64,000 nt of DNA from Felis catus (GCF_018350175.1 NC_058368.1:79856001-79920000), one strand, 5' to 3'; counted from the stretch's first letter, positions 12,147 to 24,650 are shown. Numbers and translations are program-made. The notes: generated by a model not told the origin, from the sequence alone.

Positions 12147-12849
12147 AAAGAATAAAGAGACTTCCCTGTGTAGAGGTGATTAAAGATCTCCAAAGTAGAT
12201 CAAATTAATTTTTACAAGGCAGCATATGGAAGTGGGCCTATTATACAAACTTCTCCCTTACAAAAATCAAGAGAGGAAAATTAAAATGTAAGTTTCTAAT
12301 TTTCTCTTTTGTGCACTAATTAGCACCGGAAGCATGTAAACAGTTAACGATAGTTGTTTTGGGGGTGCGAGATGCGGAGGGGCGAGAGGAGACAAGTGGT
12401 GCTGATTTCTCAATGTTTCCCTTTGGAAATATTTTTAAACAAAGTGAATATGTTACTTATTCAAAAATTTGTATGAAGTATTTTTTAATAACAGGTTAAA
12501 CAAGTTTCTCTGGGTCTCAGCTGGTAAGTTCCAGACCTGCTGTGCACCTGCCCTGTCTCAGGCAACCTCCGTAAAGATAGAAATAGCATCGTGTAGCTAA
12601 GTGCCAGTTTCCTTCTGCTCCTTCCCTCCAGACACTAAATTAGCGAAAGAAGCGTCCATAGTGCGGTGGAGCACGTGTTACATACTGGGTCCTGGGGGAG
12701 GCAGTCTCCGTGTCCTATCATCCACGATTATATTCGTGGATGCAAAGCCCATTTCATGGAGGAATCTACTGAGGCATAGAAAGGCTGAAGCACTGGCCCA
12801 AGTTCACGCACTTCGTTAGTGTGGAGCAGACGTTCGGCTCCAACTGTAG

Positions 12850-13850
12850 GTCATTCCCGGGCCAAGGAGTTCACAGGCTGCCATGACGCCACTGGGCCCC
12901 GCCTTCCCCCAGGGCACGTGGTTGACCCGAGGGACCCCGGCCCACGTAGCAGGGAGGTGTCTCACCACGGGGAAGAGGCAGGCACGGGGAGAAGCCGGGG
13001 TTTGGAGACCCGGAACCAGGCATCAGCTTCACGCGGCATCTCCGACAGGCCCCAGGTGATGGGCGAGGCCGTGTGTGCAAACGTGAGCGGAGCCATCCCC
13101 GACGGGCACCTCCCCCCTGGATGTTGCCGCCAGACGGTGCTCCTTGGAAACGGCCCTTCTCTGGCAGTTGTGCACACAGCCAGTGTGTGCAGGCCCTGGG
13201 CGGGGCGGTGAGCGCCTTCATTCTGCCAGGCTTTCTCCTTCTGCACAACCAGCTCTGTTCTGGACCCTTCTCCCCTCACCTCACTTCCTCTGCGCCTGGC
13301 CGGCTCCGGGGGGGAGGAGCAGCCCCTCGTCCTTCCCTCCCCCGCGGCCGCGTGTCGCGTGTGGTGCAGAGCAAGGGGCCTCCCTGCGCGTGTTCCTGGT
13401 GGACTGAAGGCCACGAGCTTCTCTAGCCCACGTCCTTTACTGCAGCTCCCGTGAGACTTGAATTACATGGGACGCCGGCAACTGTGAGATCCAGGAAGCA
13501 AATTCTGTATCTAAGCAGAACACCGTGTGCCCGTCCGCAAAGCTTTCCCCACGATCTCGCCGCTCCACGGACGGATTGGTGGTCCCATGGAACCCAGTGT
13601 GCCAGGCCTGTGCCTGCGCCTGGCAGCGGGGCGGCAACCTGCCGAGACAACGCGCCCTGTCCCTTGGTTACACTGAGTCTGCGGGGCAGGGCGGGGCTGT
13701 CGAGGCGGGGCCGCCACACGCCCTCGCGTCCACGCGCTTGGCGCGTCATTTCGTGCCCGGCCTCTCGGGTGCTCGTAAAGCCAGCCGTGTCTTTACCGGA
13801 TGGCCCCGCAGCTTCTCTGCCAGATCCTTGCCCGAAAGCAAAGAAACAAT
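12850..13850. promoter_or_regulatory. CpG-rich patch (weak orphan island)
   Basis: High CpG density, especially 13550-13800. Confidence 0.45.
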
Positions 13851-14480
13851 ATCGACAAATCCACAGGAAGATTGAGCGCAACTTTAAGTAGAACGGCCCC
13901 AAACTGGAAACCACCCAGATGCCTGCCATCAGGAGAGTGAATGGAGAGTGAAGAAGTCCTATCCTGAGAGATACACCAGCGGCAGTAAGGAGCCAGTGGT
14001 AGGGATGGGTCTGCCGCTCGCACAGAAGGAAAGCAGACGGAGAGCATGGGTGCCTCCTCACCAAGTTCCGCAACACGTTTATCCCGACAGAAACCAGGAA
14101 ACGGTTCCCTGGGTCGGGGAGCACGAACCGACCAACAAGGGAAATAGGGAACACTCTGGGTGATGGAAGGTTCCCTGTCTTGCTATGACTAGGGATATGC
14201 TGGCGTAGGCACTTGTCAAAACTCATTGTCATACTTTTTTAATGTGTATTTATTTGTTTTCAGAAAGAGAGAGAATGTGTGTGATGGGGGGAGCAGCAGA
14301 GAGAGAGAGGGGAGAGGGAGAATCCCAAGCACGCTCTGCACCATCAGCACAGAGCCCGATGTGGGGCTCAAATCCACAAACCATGAGATCACGACCTGGG
14401 CCGACATCAGGAGTTGGATGCTTAATCGACTGAACCGCTCGGGTGCCCCTCGTTGCCATACTTAATGTCTCTAAAAAATG
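13800..14480 (+). mobile_element. Old L1M 3' end fragment interrupted by a SINE
   Basis: ccaaactggaaaccacccagatgcctgccatcaggagagtgaatgga; ggaacactctgggtgatggaagg. Confidence 0.6.
14235..14449 (-). mobile_element. CAN-SINE
   Basis: Reverse SINEC body; ttgtcatact/ttgccatact flanks. Confidence 0.9.
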
Positions 14481-14736
14481 CCTCGAAATGTGGCTAATCA
14501 TTTTCTGATCATTTTCATCACATACATCACACACTAGAAGCATGGCGTCTCCTAGCAATCAGAAAAGAAAACAAAACAGAGAGGTCAGAACTCTAGCAAA
14601 GAGCCCAAGTCCCAGTTCCGCTCAGAGACACAGGCTGTGTGACATCAGAGAGATTCTCAACCTCTCTGAGGCCAGTGTTCCCTCTATCAAATGGGGTAAT
14701 CGCCTACCAGGCAGGGGGAGTGTGTTCGGTAAACCA

Positions 14737-15190
14737 TATACTCATGTCCTAGGGCTGACGTAACAAAGCAACACAAACGGGGGTGCTTCAGACAACAGGA
14801 ATGTCTTCTCCCATGGTGTGGGGGCAGCTAGTCTGAAAGCAAGGTGTCTGGGGCCAGCGCCCTCTGACACTCTGGGTAGACTCCTTCCTCGCCTTCTCCC
14901 TGCCTCCGGACGTGGTGGCGACCCCTGGCGCTCCTGGCCAGGCAGGTGCACACCCCAATCTCTGCCGGCATCGTCTCGGCGCGTTCTCCCTGTGTGTCCC
15001 TGTCTTCACGTGGTGCTGTCTTCTTTATATAAGGACCCCAGTCATGCTGGATTAGGACGACCCTCCTCCAGCGTGACCCCGCCATTGCATCTAATTACAT
15101 GTGCAACCACTTTATTTCCAAATAATTTTGCATCCACGGGAACCTCAGATTCAGGATGTAAATATCTCGCTGGGAGACACTATACAACCC
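14737..15190 (-). mobile_element. MLT1 (B/C-like) solo LTR
   Basis: cctagggctgacgtaacaaagc...tataaggaccccagtcatgctggattagg...tatttccaaataa. Confidence 0.8.
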
Positions 15191-16203
15191 CTAATGGAAC
15201 GTGATAAGGGGGCTGGACGTTCTGTGTTGTCTGGTTTAGATAAGAATCTGTGACACGGGGTCACAGAATTATTCTTTCCCTGATCTATAATGCTCATTTC
15301 AGAGAACATGCACATCGGGGGCTGTGTCTGACAAAAAGCCTCCCTTCGTACATTGGCAGCACCAGGATTCGGATTTGATCCCACGTGAGCTGAGAAGAGT
15401 AACGAGGTGCAAACAAATCCAACTTCCGGCAGAAGGCACAGACCCCGGTGAGGCTGAGTCGCCCGGGCTGCAATGAGCCTGGGCACCCCCGGGCCCGGAG
15501 CGGGCTCACCAGCAGGTCATGCCCCCAGGGGCCGCCCTGACTCCTGGGAGACCACATTTCCTGAGAGCGCTGAAAGCCGATTGTCAACTACACTGGTCAC
15601 AAAGACACTGCAGGGAAGCTGGCCTTGGACACCCTCCCTGGCCCATCCCGTGGGGCCCGGTTGGGGCTGAGAAAAAAAAAAATGTCGGTAAAAGCTGCAA
15701 GCGCCCTTACAGGAAAGGGTTTGCAAAGCTGGGGGGTGGGGGTGGCATGCACAGCACGGCTGCCGGGGCCTTGTAAGGGGGGCGCTTGGCCGCAGGAGGC
15801 CCGGGACCTCATGGATCTGGGCTGTGTGGACTCCCGGACAGAGGACTGACAGTGTCAGTGTGGAGCGCCTCTCAGCTCCATCGGGCGGATTCCTCTCCTC
15901 CGGCAGCGCCTGGCGAGGCCCTAAATACCCAACCCCACTTCTGGGAGAGCCCGGGCCAACAGGGGAGGTGGGAGGCACGCTTCCCGCTGCCGGTTCAGTC
16001 AGTGATTTTGGACATTTTGAACCTCTGTCCTGCATGTTCTCTGACGTCCCCAGTCCCTTGCTTTGGGGACAGAACAGTTAGCAGCCTTCTGCTGGCTTCT
16101 GCAGGACGTGTCCTAAGCCAGCACTGGGCTTCACAGAGCCTGCTGTCAGGGGCCTGGGGAATGCAAACTCTCTTCCTGACTTGTCTATTAAGAGAGTGCC
16201 TCA

Positions 16204-16429
16204 GGGCGCCTGGGTGACGCAGTCGGTTAAGCGTCCGACTTCAGCCAGGTCACAATCTCGCGGTCCGTGAGTTCGAGCCCCGCATCAGGATCTGGGCTGA
16301 TGGCTCAGAGCCTGGAGCCTGTTTCCGATTCTGTGTCTCCCTCTCTCTCTCTGCCCCTCCCCCGTTCATGCTCTGTCTCTCTCTGTCCCAAAAATAAATA
16401 AAAATGTTGAAAAAAAAAATTAAAAAAAA
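16204..16429 (+). mobile_element. Young SINEC_Fc
   Basis: Perfect 14-bp TSD aagagagtgcctca 16190-16203/16430-16443; CpGs retained; long A tail. Confidence 0.95.
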
Positions 16430-16527
16430 AAGAGAGTGCCTCACTTCAGGAGTTCCAAAACACGGATGCACCCGCGCAGCTTTGAAACACAACTCATCTG
16501 TATGGTCTCTTACTGTGGTGTTCTCAT

Positions 16528-16743
16528 CTTTTTCTTTTTTTTTAATTTTTTTAATGTTTATTTATTTTTGAGAGAGAGTGCGAGCAGGGGAGGAGCAGAG
16601 AGAGGGAGACCCAGAATCTGAAGCAGGCTCCAGGCTCCCAGCTGTCAGCACAGAGCCCAATGAGGGGCTCAAACCCACAGACCGTGAGATCATGACCTGA
16701 GCCGAAGTCAGAAGCTCAACCGACTGAACCCCCCAGGTGCCCC
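16528..16743 (-). mobile_element. CAN-SINE
   Basis: Reverse SINEC body, tail-to-tail with the previous SINE. Confidence 0.92.
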
Positions 16744-17332
16744 GTGCGGTGTCCACATCTTAAACACACGTGCATGCACATTCCCCGGCATCAGCATAAG
16801 GCTCACAAGCATGAAATGTGCATCCCCCGGGAGGCATCTGTGTCGCTCCGAAAGGGGACGGCCGTGGCACGACGGCATGACGGGGAGATGCCACCCAACG
16901 ACGGAGATCCATTAGTTCCCGGGAAATTCAGAACCTGCCACCCGGTTCTCGCGCGGGAAAGCTCATGGCCACGGGGGCCGCCTCTCAGGAAACTGGAAAC
17001 CATTCTGGTACCGTGGTTTTGCACTTAATGGACTCTGCCTCCCATAATTCAGGAAAATGTCTTTTGTCGTGCAGACGGAGGCCCGTTGCTGCAGAGAATG
17101 TGGGTCTGAAAAAGGGCCTGGCTGTTGAGCTGTGCAGGCGCCCCGGCTCCCAGGCCTCCCCCTCGCTTCTGGAAGTGGCTCTCAGTACAGATTAATGATG
17201 GGACGGGCGCCAAGGAGCAGTGTGACCCACACATCTTGTCCCGGGGCTGAGCTAATCTTCTTAACCCTTTTTACAACAGCCAGCCGGTCACCCAAATGAT
17301 GCTGTCAATTTGCTTCTCAAACCCCCACTTCT

Positions 17333-17560
17333 GGGGCGCCTGGGTGGCTCAGTGGGTTGAGCGTCCGACTTCAACTCAGGTCACGATCTCGCGGTCCGTG
17401 AGTTCGAGCCCCGAGTCGGGCTCTGGGCTGATGGCTCGGAGCCCGGAGCCTGCTTCCGATTCTGTGTCTCCCTCTCTCTCTGCCCCTCCCCCATTCATGC
17501 TCTGTCTCTCTCTGTCTCAAAAATAAATAAATGTTAAAAAAAATTAAAAAAAAAATAAAA
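17333..17560 (+). mobile_element. SINEC_Fc
   Basis: Full body, CpG-rich; aaaccc(cc)acttc flanks. Confidence 0.94.
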
Positions 17561-18006
17561 TAAACCCACTTCAAAGAGGGAGGTCCAATGGGGATCATTG
17601 AGAAGGCCAGCGATGTGGGCGGGTTCCTGAGACTCGGTCAGATGATTAATATTAATAGGATGCGTACCACCCAGATGACACGAGGGCCGTGCGTCACGGT
17701 GGCTCTCTTGGAAGGACTCCTCGAGACTGATGCAGCCTGTGTGTGCTGTTGTCATCGGGCTTAGAGAAGAAATGATTAGCCGGGAGCTGACCGTGGGCTC
17801 CCGGCCTTCCATGGAGTGTATTCTCGTCTGGGGGCCACGGTCTCTGCAGCCAGGGCCCTGCTGTTCTCGGGCCCAGTAGAATTCCCTTTGTGCCAGCCCG
17901 GTGACCCTCCACACAGAACAGGGTTCTTACCCTGGATTCCTCACTATGCTCCCGAAGATCCTGAATTCATCAGTTTGTGCTGCATGATAAAAGGAGTTCT
18001 AGGAGC

Positions 18007-18079
18007 ACCCGGCTAGCTCAGTCAGTGGAGCATGTGACTCTTGATCTCAGGGTCCTGAGTTCAAGCCCCATCTTGGGTG
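18007..18079 (+). pseudogene. tRNA-Lys(CTT)-like short SINE / retro-tRNA pseudogene
   Basis: 62/73 identity by hand to the mammalian tRNA-Lys-CTT sequence as I recall it; followed by T5 and an A tail; TSD 17989-18001/18316-18328. Confidence 0.75.
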
Positions 18080-18105
18080 TGGAGCCTACTTTTTAAAAAA
18101 GTAAA

Positions 18106-18311
18106 GGGGCGCCTAGGTGGCGCAGTCAGTCAAGCAGCCAACTTCAGCTCAGGTCATGATCTCGTGGTTTGTGGGTTCGAGCCCCACGTCAGGCTCTGTG
18201 CTGACAGCTCAGAGCTTGGAGCCTGCTTTGGATTCTGGGTCTCCCTCTCTCTCTGCACCAACCCCCTGCCCCCCCCCCGCTCTCAAAAATAAATAAACAT
18301 TAAAAAAAAAA
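18106..18311 (+). mobile_element. CAN-SINE nested in the tail of the tRNA-like element
   Basis: TSD aaaaaagtaaa 18095-18105/18306-18316. Confidence 0.9.
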
Positions 18312-21107
18312 GTAAAAAAGGAATTCTAAAACTCAGAGGCTCCTTCATGCTCACGAAAGATGGGGGCCTGGAGCCTTCTGCTCTGCCGTGGGCAGGCTGG
18401 GCTGGATTCAGCCTCCCTGACCCATAGCTTGCTTGAGACACACTCATCTCAGGACCAAGGTCAGAAGAGCAAGAGAAGGGGGCAGAAGCACACAGCACCT
18501 CCCACATCCTCGATGTGGCATGGGACCAATCCCAACACCGGCAGGGTCCCCCCTGCTGGAGTGGGGCTGCTGACAGCCCATGATGATGGGTCTAGTCCAG
18601 GGAGGGTGTGAGTTCTTGGGAGAAACCATGGAATCTGCCCCGGACTCTCTAGCCCTTACAACCGGATGGCTAAACACATGGGGATGTAAATCCGGCAGAC
18701 AAGTCAACACAAGTATGGCTAGAAAGCCTCAGACGACCGTGGGGCCTAATCTTCTGAAGACTCCTTCCTCTCTAAGCCAACCTCCTGCCTTTGAGAGCTC
18801 AGCACCTTGACTCGGCCTCAAGAAAACACTCAGACACCACTGTTTTTATCCTCAGAACGTCTGTGCTAGCCCCATTACCCAGCTCCATAGCACCCAGAAG
18901 TAAGGGACTGATGAACTCCCTCTGGACGCAGTGTCCCCTGGGCTCTCTGCAAGGGCACTTAGCACCTGCACCTGCCCCTAGGAGTTTAGAGCCCAACGCC
19001 AAGGTCCTTCTTACACTGTCTCACTGTGGCCTGAGCATCTGACCCTGACAGCAATCCTCGACACCCCTGACTCCTGGACACAAAAAGAAATCTCTTCTCC
19101 ATTGAAAACGCAAACATAGACACCCAAACTCAGGGGAAGCCACAGTCATACCAGAAAACCTTGCTTTGGCTATTCTCCCCCAGTAATTTTGACATAAAAG
19201 CACCCCAAAAATGTGCAAAATGAGAGCGTATTTTCTTCTGTTTTCTTTTTTTCCTTTCCTTTCTCTTCCCCTACAAAAGTATCTACTTGTGCGGACCAGT
19301 GGGTCATGAGACAGGCAGAAATGAGTCACCTCTGATTCACAAAAGTGGTGAAGCCTTTAAAAATCTCCGCATAAAACCAGCCTAACCTTTCCGAATTGCC
19401 ACATTGCAGGAGTTTCTGTAACAAGATGGCAATGAATTATGCGCCCAAACTCCCCGAGACACGGGTTCGAGACCCCTTCACATTTTCTCATCCCTTCAGC
19501 CAGTGTCGCTGGAGGTGGGGCTCAGGCCTGGTGTGGTGGAAGCCGTACATCCCCATCTTAATTAGAACAATTCTCTCATCCCTCAGGAGGGAGACGTTCC
19601 CTCAGAGGCCCGTCCACGCCCCCCCTCGCAAGGGGACCCGTCTCCCATCAGCCTACTCCTTCCCCGGGCATTCAATGCCCATCAACAGAGCCAGAGGAGA
19701 ATAGAAACCATGCAGAAACTCTCTTTTGTTTTGTTGGGACACTTCAGCATATTCTCATGGATCTTTCAAAGGAACGCAGTCATCTGATCATTCTTGGAAG
19801 CAATTAAGACATGGAAGGGTACATCCTGCTTCAGGCCCCAGAGTCTGTCTTTCCAAATAACGTGAGCAATCACTACGACATAGACAGATTCCGCAGCCCC
19901 CTCCCGGGAGGGCAGTGCCCTGCATGGTACAGAAGGGGGGGCTACAAGACACGGCCTCCTCCCGTGTGACCTGCTTTGCCGCAGTTATGCGCTCTGGAGG
20001 GGATTTTTGAAGACGCATTCCTAGTTGAAGTCCTGGGCCAGGCTGGGCCACCCACTCAGGGCTGGTCTTGAGTCTGGGGAGCAGACACAAGCAGACATGC
20101 TACAATGGCAGACAAGAGGGTTAGGGGGTCCCCCGAAGAGGTCCTCAGTTCTGGTGATGGTTGATGCTGTTGAATGTGGGAGGCGATCTCATTGGGAACT
20201 GCTCCTGGATGGAGTCATGGGGTCTGTCTTGTACAGAAAGCCCCCTTCCTAAAAGGGAAACAGGGAAGCTATAGTCCCAGTAGCTTGGGACTTGTGGGTC
20301 CTTCCAGGAAGCCCAAGGAATAAGGCAGGTTCTTCACCTGTGCCCGAGAATGTCATGGCCCAATGTGGAGGGGTGGATCCTCAGATCCTCAGCACAGAGG
20401 TTTGTGGATGGTCTCAGGGCAATCTCTCGGCCTCTCTGTAGAGCCCACTGTCTACCTCACCCAGCTTCGTAAGGGTTACATGAGATAGTGTATGCAAAAC
20501 CCATCGTATAGACCCCGCACACGACAGGCACTCAGTAAATGGCCATCTGGCACTCAGTAGGCACTCAGTAAATAGTGGCCATCGAGCATAGTGTGAATCT
20601 GAGAACTTCCCTTACCAGCATGGAAGGTTGAGTCATTCCTAGCTATCACTCAAGACAGAGCAGAAAGAAATCTAGGCTCTTTGTCGAAACAAATTAAGTG
20701 TAGTCAGAGGGAAAAACACAACCTGTTCTCAGTCAACAATTCCTTAAATGTTATTTCAACAGGAAATAAAAGTTTTGGTTTGGGGAGTGAGAGAGTTTGG
20801 GTCTGGCTCACCTTCGTTGGTCCAGGTAGCCTTTAAAGAGGATGGGAAACAGACCTTCTTCAGAGAAATGTTTCTCAAGGCAAACATACCAATAAGGGCC
20901 AAGGAACAAATCCCAGCTGCCCAACCAGGTAACCCTACTGGTAGTCACTTTGCATGAGAGTGTCACGTTTCCCGGACCTCATTCTTACATTGTCACGGAA
21001 CTAGGATGGGGTTGCCTTGCTGTCTTCTAAAACACTGGCCAACCTAGCACCAGCTTTCCAATAGAAGCCGTCTGTCCAAGAGTCCTGTTAAGAATCAAAC
21101 TGCCCCC

Positions 21108-21227
21108 CCGGGGTGGCTCAGTCGGTTAAGCATCTGACTTTGGCTCAGGTCATGATCTCACTGCTTGTGAGTTTAAACCCTGAATCAGGCTCTGTGCTGA
21201 AAGCTCGGAGCCTGGAGTCTGCTTCAG

Positions 21228-21263
<36 letters not shown>

Positions 21264-21328
21264 CTTCCCTACTCATGTTCTGTCTGTCTGTCTGTCTCTC
21301 TCAAAAATAAATAAACATTAAAAAAAAA
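21108..21328 (+). mobile_element. CAN-SINE
   Basis: TSD aagaatcaaact. Confidence 0.92.
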
Positions 21329-22074
21329 AGAATCAAACTTCCCCAAGTCATAGACCCCCTTCTGAAGCAATAAGAAACATAGACAATATCTTGATTGAAC
21401 TATTTCCCTCCCACAGAAGTAACTGGATGCTTGCTTCAGCCGATAGCAATGGCTCTAACATCAGGTGGCTGCAACATAGCCCTCCTGGGTTTTTTATTTT
21501 TCACTTTACAGCTCACCTCTGTGGACATGCTACCTTTACTTCAACCCTAGGTTAAGTCAAAACCTCTTGACCTTTCATTTTAAGGCAAATAAAATAAAAG
21601 GCAGTGGCCATGCTGTCAAATTGTGAGTGATACATGGAACCATTACTTGGAAGGTTTCCAGTTCCGATGGGCAGAAAGGTTGTTCTGGAAAATCTGTTGC
21701 AGAGAGGTGGAACAATTATAACGCAGACTTGTGTGGCATTCAACCCAAGCTCGCCTCCAAATCCAGTGTGGTTTTCTAACAATACCCTTCCCCGGGGAGG
21801 GATAGCCAACAGGTAAGCACACATGTTAGATGCGTCTCCTGTCCGCTTAAAAATAAAGTTGCCAACATTCGACAGCAACACAGAGTCCTTCCTAAGGATA
21901 AAAGCAAACTCACCCTGTCGTCAGGCCAAAGCATTGACATTTTTTAAATCAGTGCAGTGAAAAATAAACTCAATCCATAGCATAAACTATTGTCAGCAAT
22001 CCTTAGGGAAAGATGCCTCAGAGAGAAAACTCAAGGGCCCATCGCTCAAATAAAAGCATTTTGTTTGGGCATCG

Positions 22075-22590
22075 TTATGGTTTGGATTGTGTCCCCCCAA
22101 ACATGGCAGGTTAAAGTTCTAACCCCAGACCCTGAGAATGTGGCCTTATTTGTAAAAAGAATCATTGCAGATGTGATTAGTTAAGGTGAGGTCATGTGGC
22201 AGTAGTGTGGCCCTGGTCCCATATGGCTGGTGTCCTCATAAGAACAGGAGAGCGGAGGTCCCCAGGGGGCTCTGTCGGTTAAGCATCCGACTTTTGATTT
22301 CAGCTCAGGTCATGATGTCATGGTTCGTGGGTTCGACCCCTGCATCAGGCTCTGTGCTGATGGCTCAGAGCCTGCTTGGTTTTCTCTCTCTCCCTCTCTC
22401 CAGAGGTTGGAGAGGCGCATCTACAAGCTAAGGGACACCACGGATGGTCGGCCACAAGGAGGGGTGGGAAGACAAGGAAGGAAGGACTCCAGCCAGAGCC
22501 TCAGAGGAGACGCAGCCCTGCAGACGCCCTGACTTCAGACTTCTGGCCGCCAGCACAGCGAGACAGTAAACTCCTGTTGTTTTCAGGCAC
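22075..22590 (+). mobile_element. MLT1 LTR containing a partial SINE at about 22255-22401
   Basis: ttatggtttggattgtgtccccc...gaatgtggccttatttgtaaa...gacttcagacttctggcc. Confidence 0.75.
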
Positions 22591-23622
22591 ATACATGCCG
22601 TCAACACCATGGAAGGTTGTGGTCTCCAGGCACAGATGTGAACCGGCTCTCAGACATCCGCAGGTGCGCTGGGTACTCTGAGCTGGGTGCTCTGAGCTGG
22701 GGGCAGTGCTGGCGGGTGTGCTGGGGGCTCTGAGCTAGGGGTAGTGCTAGGGGCAAGGAGGTGCTCCTGCTTCTGCTGTCCCCACAGTGACTTTTACACC
22801 TCTGTGGATCCCTGCTGCCTTCCTTCTAGGCCTTGGCCATGGTGGGCTGGCGCCATTGAAACTTCCAGCACTGAGCATCCGCTTACCTGGGGCAATCCGA
22901 GTCCCCAGCAGGATCTGGATTTCTATTCAGTTGACCCTGAACCACCCAGAGAGTCCCGGTCTCCGCCCTTCCGGTTTTCATTTCCCCAAACAGCACAACA
23001 ATAAGGACTGGATCTCCCTCTGCCCTCCTTCCCACCAGCACTCACCGGGGGTGATTTTGGCTGCACTTTGCAAGTGCACCCCGCAGGCACCTCCAGGGAG
23101 AAGACGTTAGCGAGAAGGAATGGCCTTGCCCTCCACTCCCCTCTGGTGCTGCTTCCAAAGGCATTTTGTACTTGCTTCTTTCCACTTGTACTTAATATTG
23201 TCCAGGCTGCATACAGTTAGATGTGTCCCCTCCTTAAGTAGACATATTTCTACTCTGCCATTTTCTAATTAAATAGGATCTGGCTGAAGCCAAATTTAGC
23301 CCATCTACCCCTAAGCTAACCACTTAGCCAGGTGCTATGTATTAGCGAGTGATGTGTATATAACGGTTGCTGCATATGTAACAGATGATACTACTTGAAA
23401 GGTGAATGTAAAGGTGATATGGACAGAAAATATGATGTATAGAAAACAGGTGACATGTATCTAACATTATATAGTATAATGTTATTATATATAATACTTT
23501 GGATATGTTATATACATATATGACACGTATGGAATGGGTAATGTGTATATAACATTAATGTATATGAATGAAACCAATGGGTTAAGAGGGTTAAGAGGTT
23601 GTTCCAAGAGGTATTAAGGTGT

Positions 23623-23623
<1 letters not shown>

Positions 23624-23658
<35 letters not shown>
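23624..23658. repeat. (CA)n microsatellite
   Basis: Pure dinucleotide run. Confidence 0.95.
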
Positions 23659-23661
<3 letters not shown>

Positions 23662-23692
23662 CCACTGAAGATAATTTAAAACTGGGGATATA

Positions 23693-23920
23693 GGGGCGCC
23701 TGGGTGGCTCAGTCGGTTGAGCGTCCGACTTCAGCTCAGGTCACGATCTCGTGGTCCGTGAGTTCAAGCCCCGCATCGGGCTCTGGGCTGCTGGCTCAGA
23801 GCCTGGAGCCTGCTTCCGATTCTGTGTCTCCCTCTCTCTCTGCCCCTCCACGTTCATGCTCTGTCTCTCTCTGTCTCAAAAATAAAAAATAAAAACTTAA
23901 AAAAATTAATAAATAAATAA
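23693..23920 (+). mobile_element. SINEC_Fc
   Basis: TSD aaactggggata. Confidence 0.94.
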
Positions 23921-24064
23921 AACTGGGGATACAGAGAGGCACTTAAAAATCACATTGCAAGGGAACCATAGTAGAAACTCTGTAACAAATCCTGTATTTC
24001 ATTTGCTGTAGAACCCTGGGGTCAAATTTGTGGATCACCTCGGGCACCTATATGAAATTGGCAG

Positions 24065-24650
24065 TGTCTTCGTTCAGGCTGCCGTTGACAAAGGACCACA
24101 GACAGGGCGGGACTTGAACAACAGACCTGTGTTTCTCACAGTTCTGAGGCTGAGGTCCGTGGTCAGGGCGCCCACATAGTCAGGTTCTGATGAGAGCCCC
24201 CGCCTGGCTTGTGGATGGGCACCCCCTCATGGGGACCCCACACAGCCTCTCCTCAAACCCTGTGCACACGAGTGTCTCTCTTGCTCTCCTTAGAAGGCAC
24301 CCACCCTAGGGGCGCCTGGGTGGCGCAGTCGGTTAAGTGTCCGACTTCAGCCAGGTCACGATCTCGCGGTCGGTGAGTTCGAGCCCCGCGTCAGGCTCTG
24401 GGCTGATGGCTCAGAGCCTGGAGCCTGTTTCCGATTCTGTGTCTCCCTCTCTCTCTGCCCCTCCCCCGTTCATGCTCTGTCTCTCTCTGTCCCAAAAATA
24501 AAAAACGTTGAAAAAAAAAAAAAAAAAGAAGGCACCCACCCTATCAGATTAGGATCCATCCCATGACCTCATTTACCTCCTCACAAACCCCATCTCCAAC
24601 CACAGTCACACTGGGGGACGTGGGAGGCCACACAAGTCAGCCCACAGCAG
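24065..24650 (-). mobile_element. MLT1 (A/B-like) LTR interrupted by a SINE
   Basis: gttcaggctgccgttgacaaag...tttctcacagttctgaggctg...cacagtcacactgggg. Confidence 0.7.
24309..24526 (+). mobile_element. Young SINEC_Fc
   Basis: Perfect 17-bp TSD agaaggcacccacccta 24292-24308/24527-24543; pure A tail. Confidence 0.96.

Noticed and set aside
18007-18079. Functional tRNA-Lys gene
   Set aside because: Eleven substitutions, including D-loop G18 and stem positions, plus an A tail and TSD, indicate a retroposed copy.
20527-20583. Triple ggcactcagta repeat
   Set aside because: Local slippage at the end of a MIR/L2-like remnant; no further structure.
22665-22755. Immunoglobulin switch-like GAGCT/GGGG pentamers
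   Set aside because: Only three GAGCT units in 90 bp; ordinary short G-rich tandem decay.
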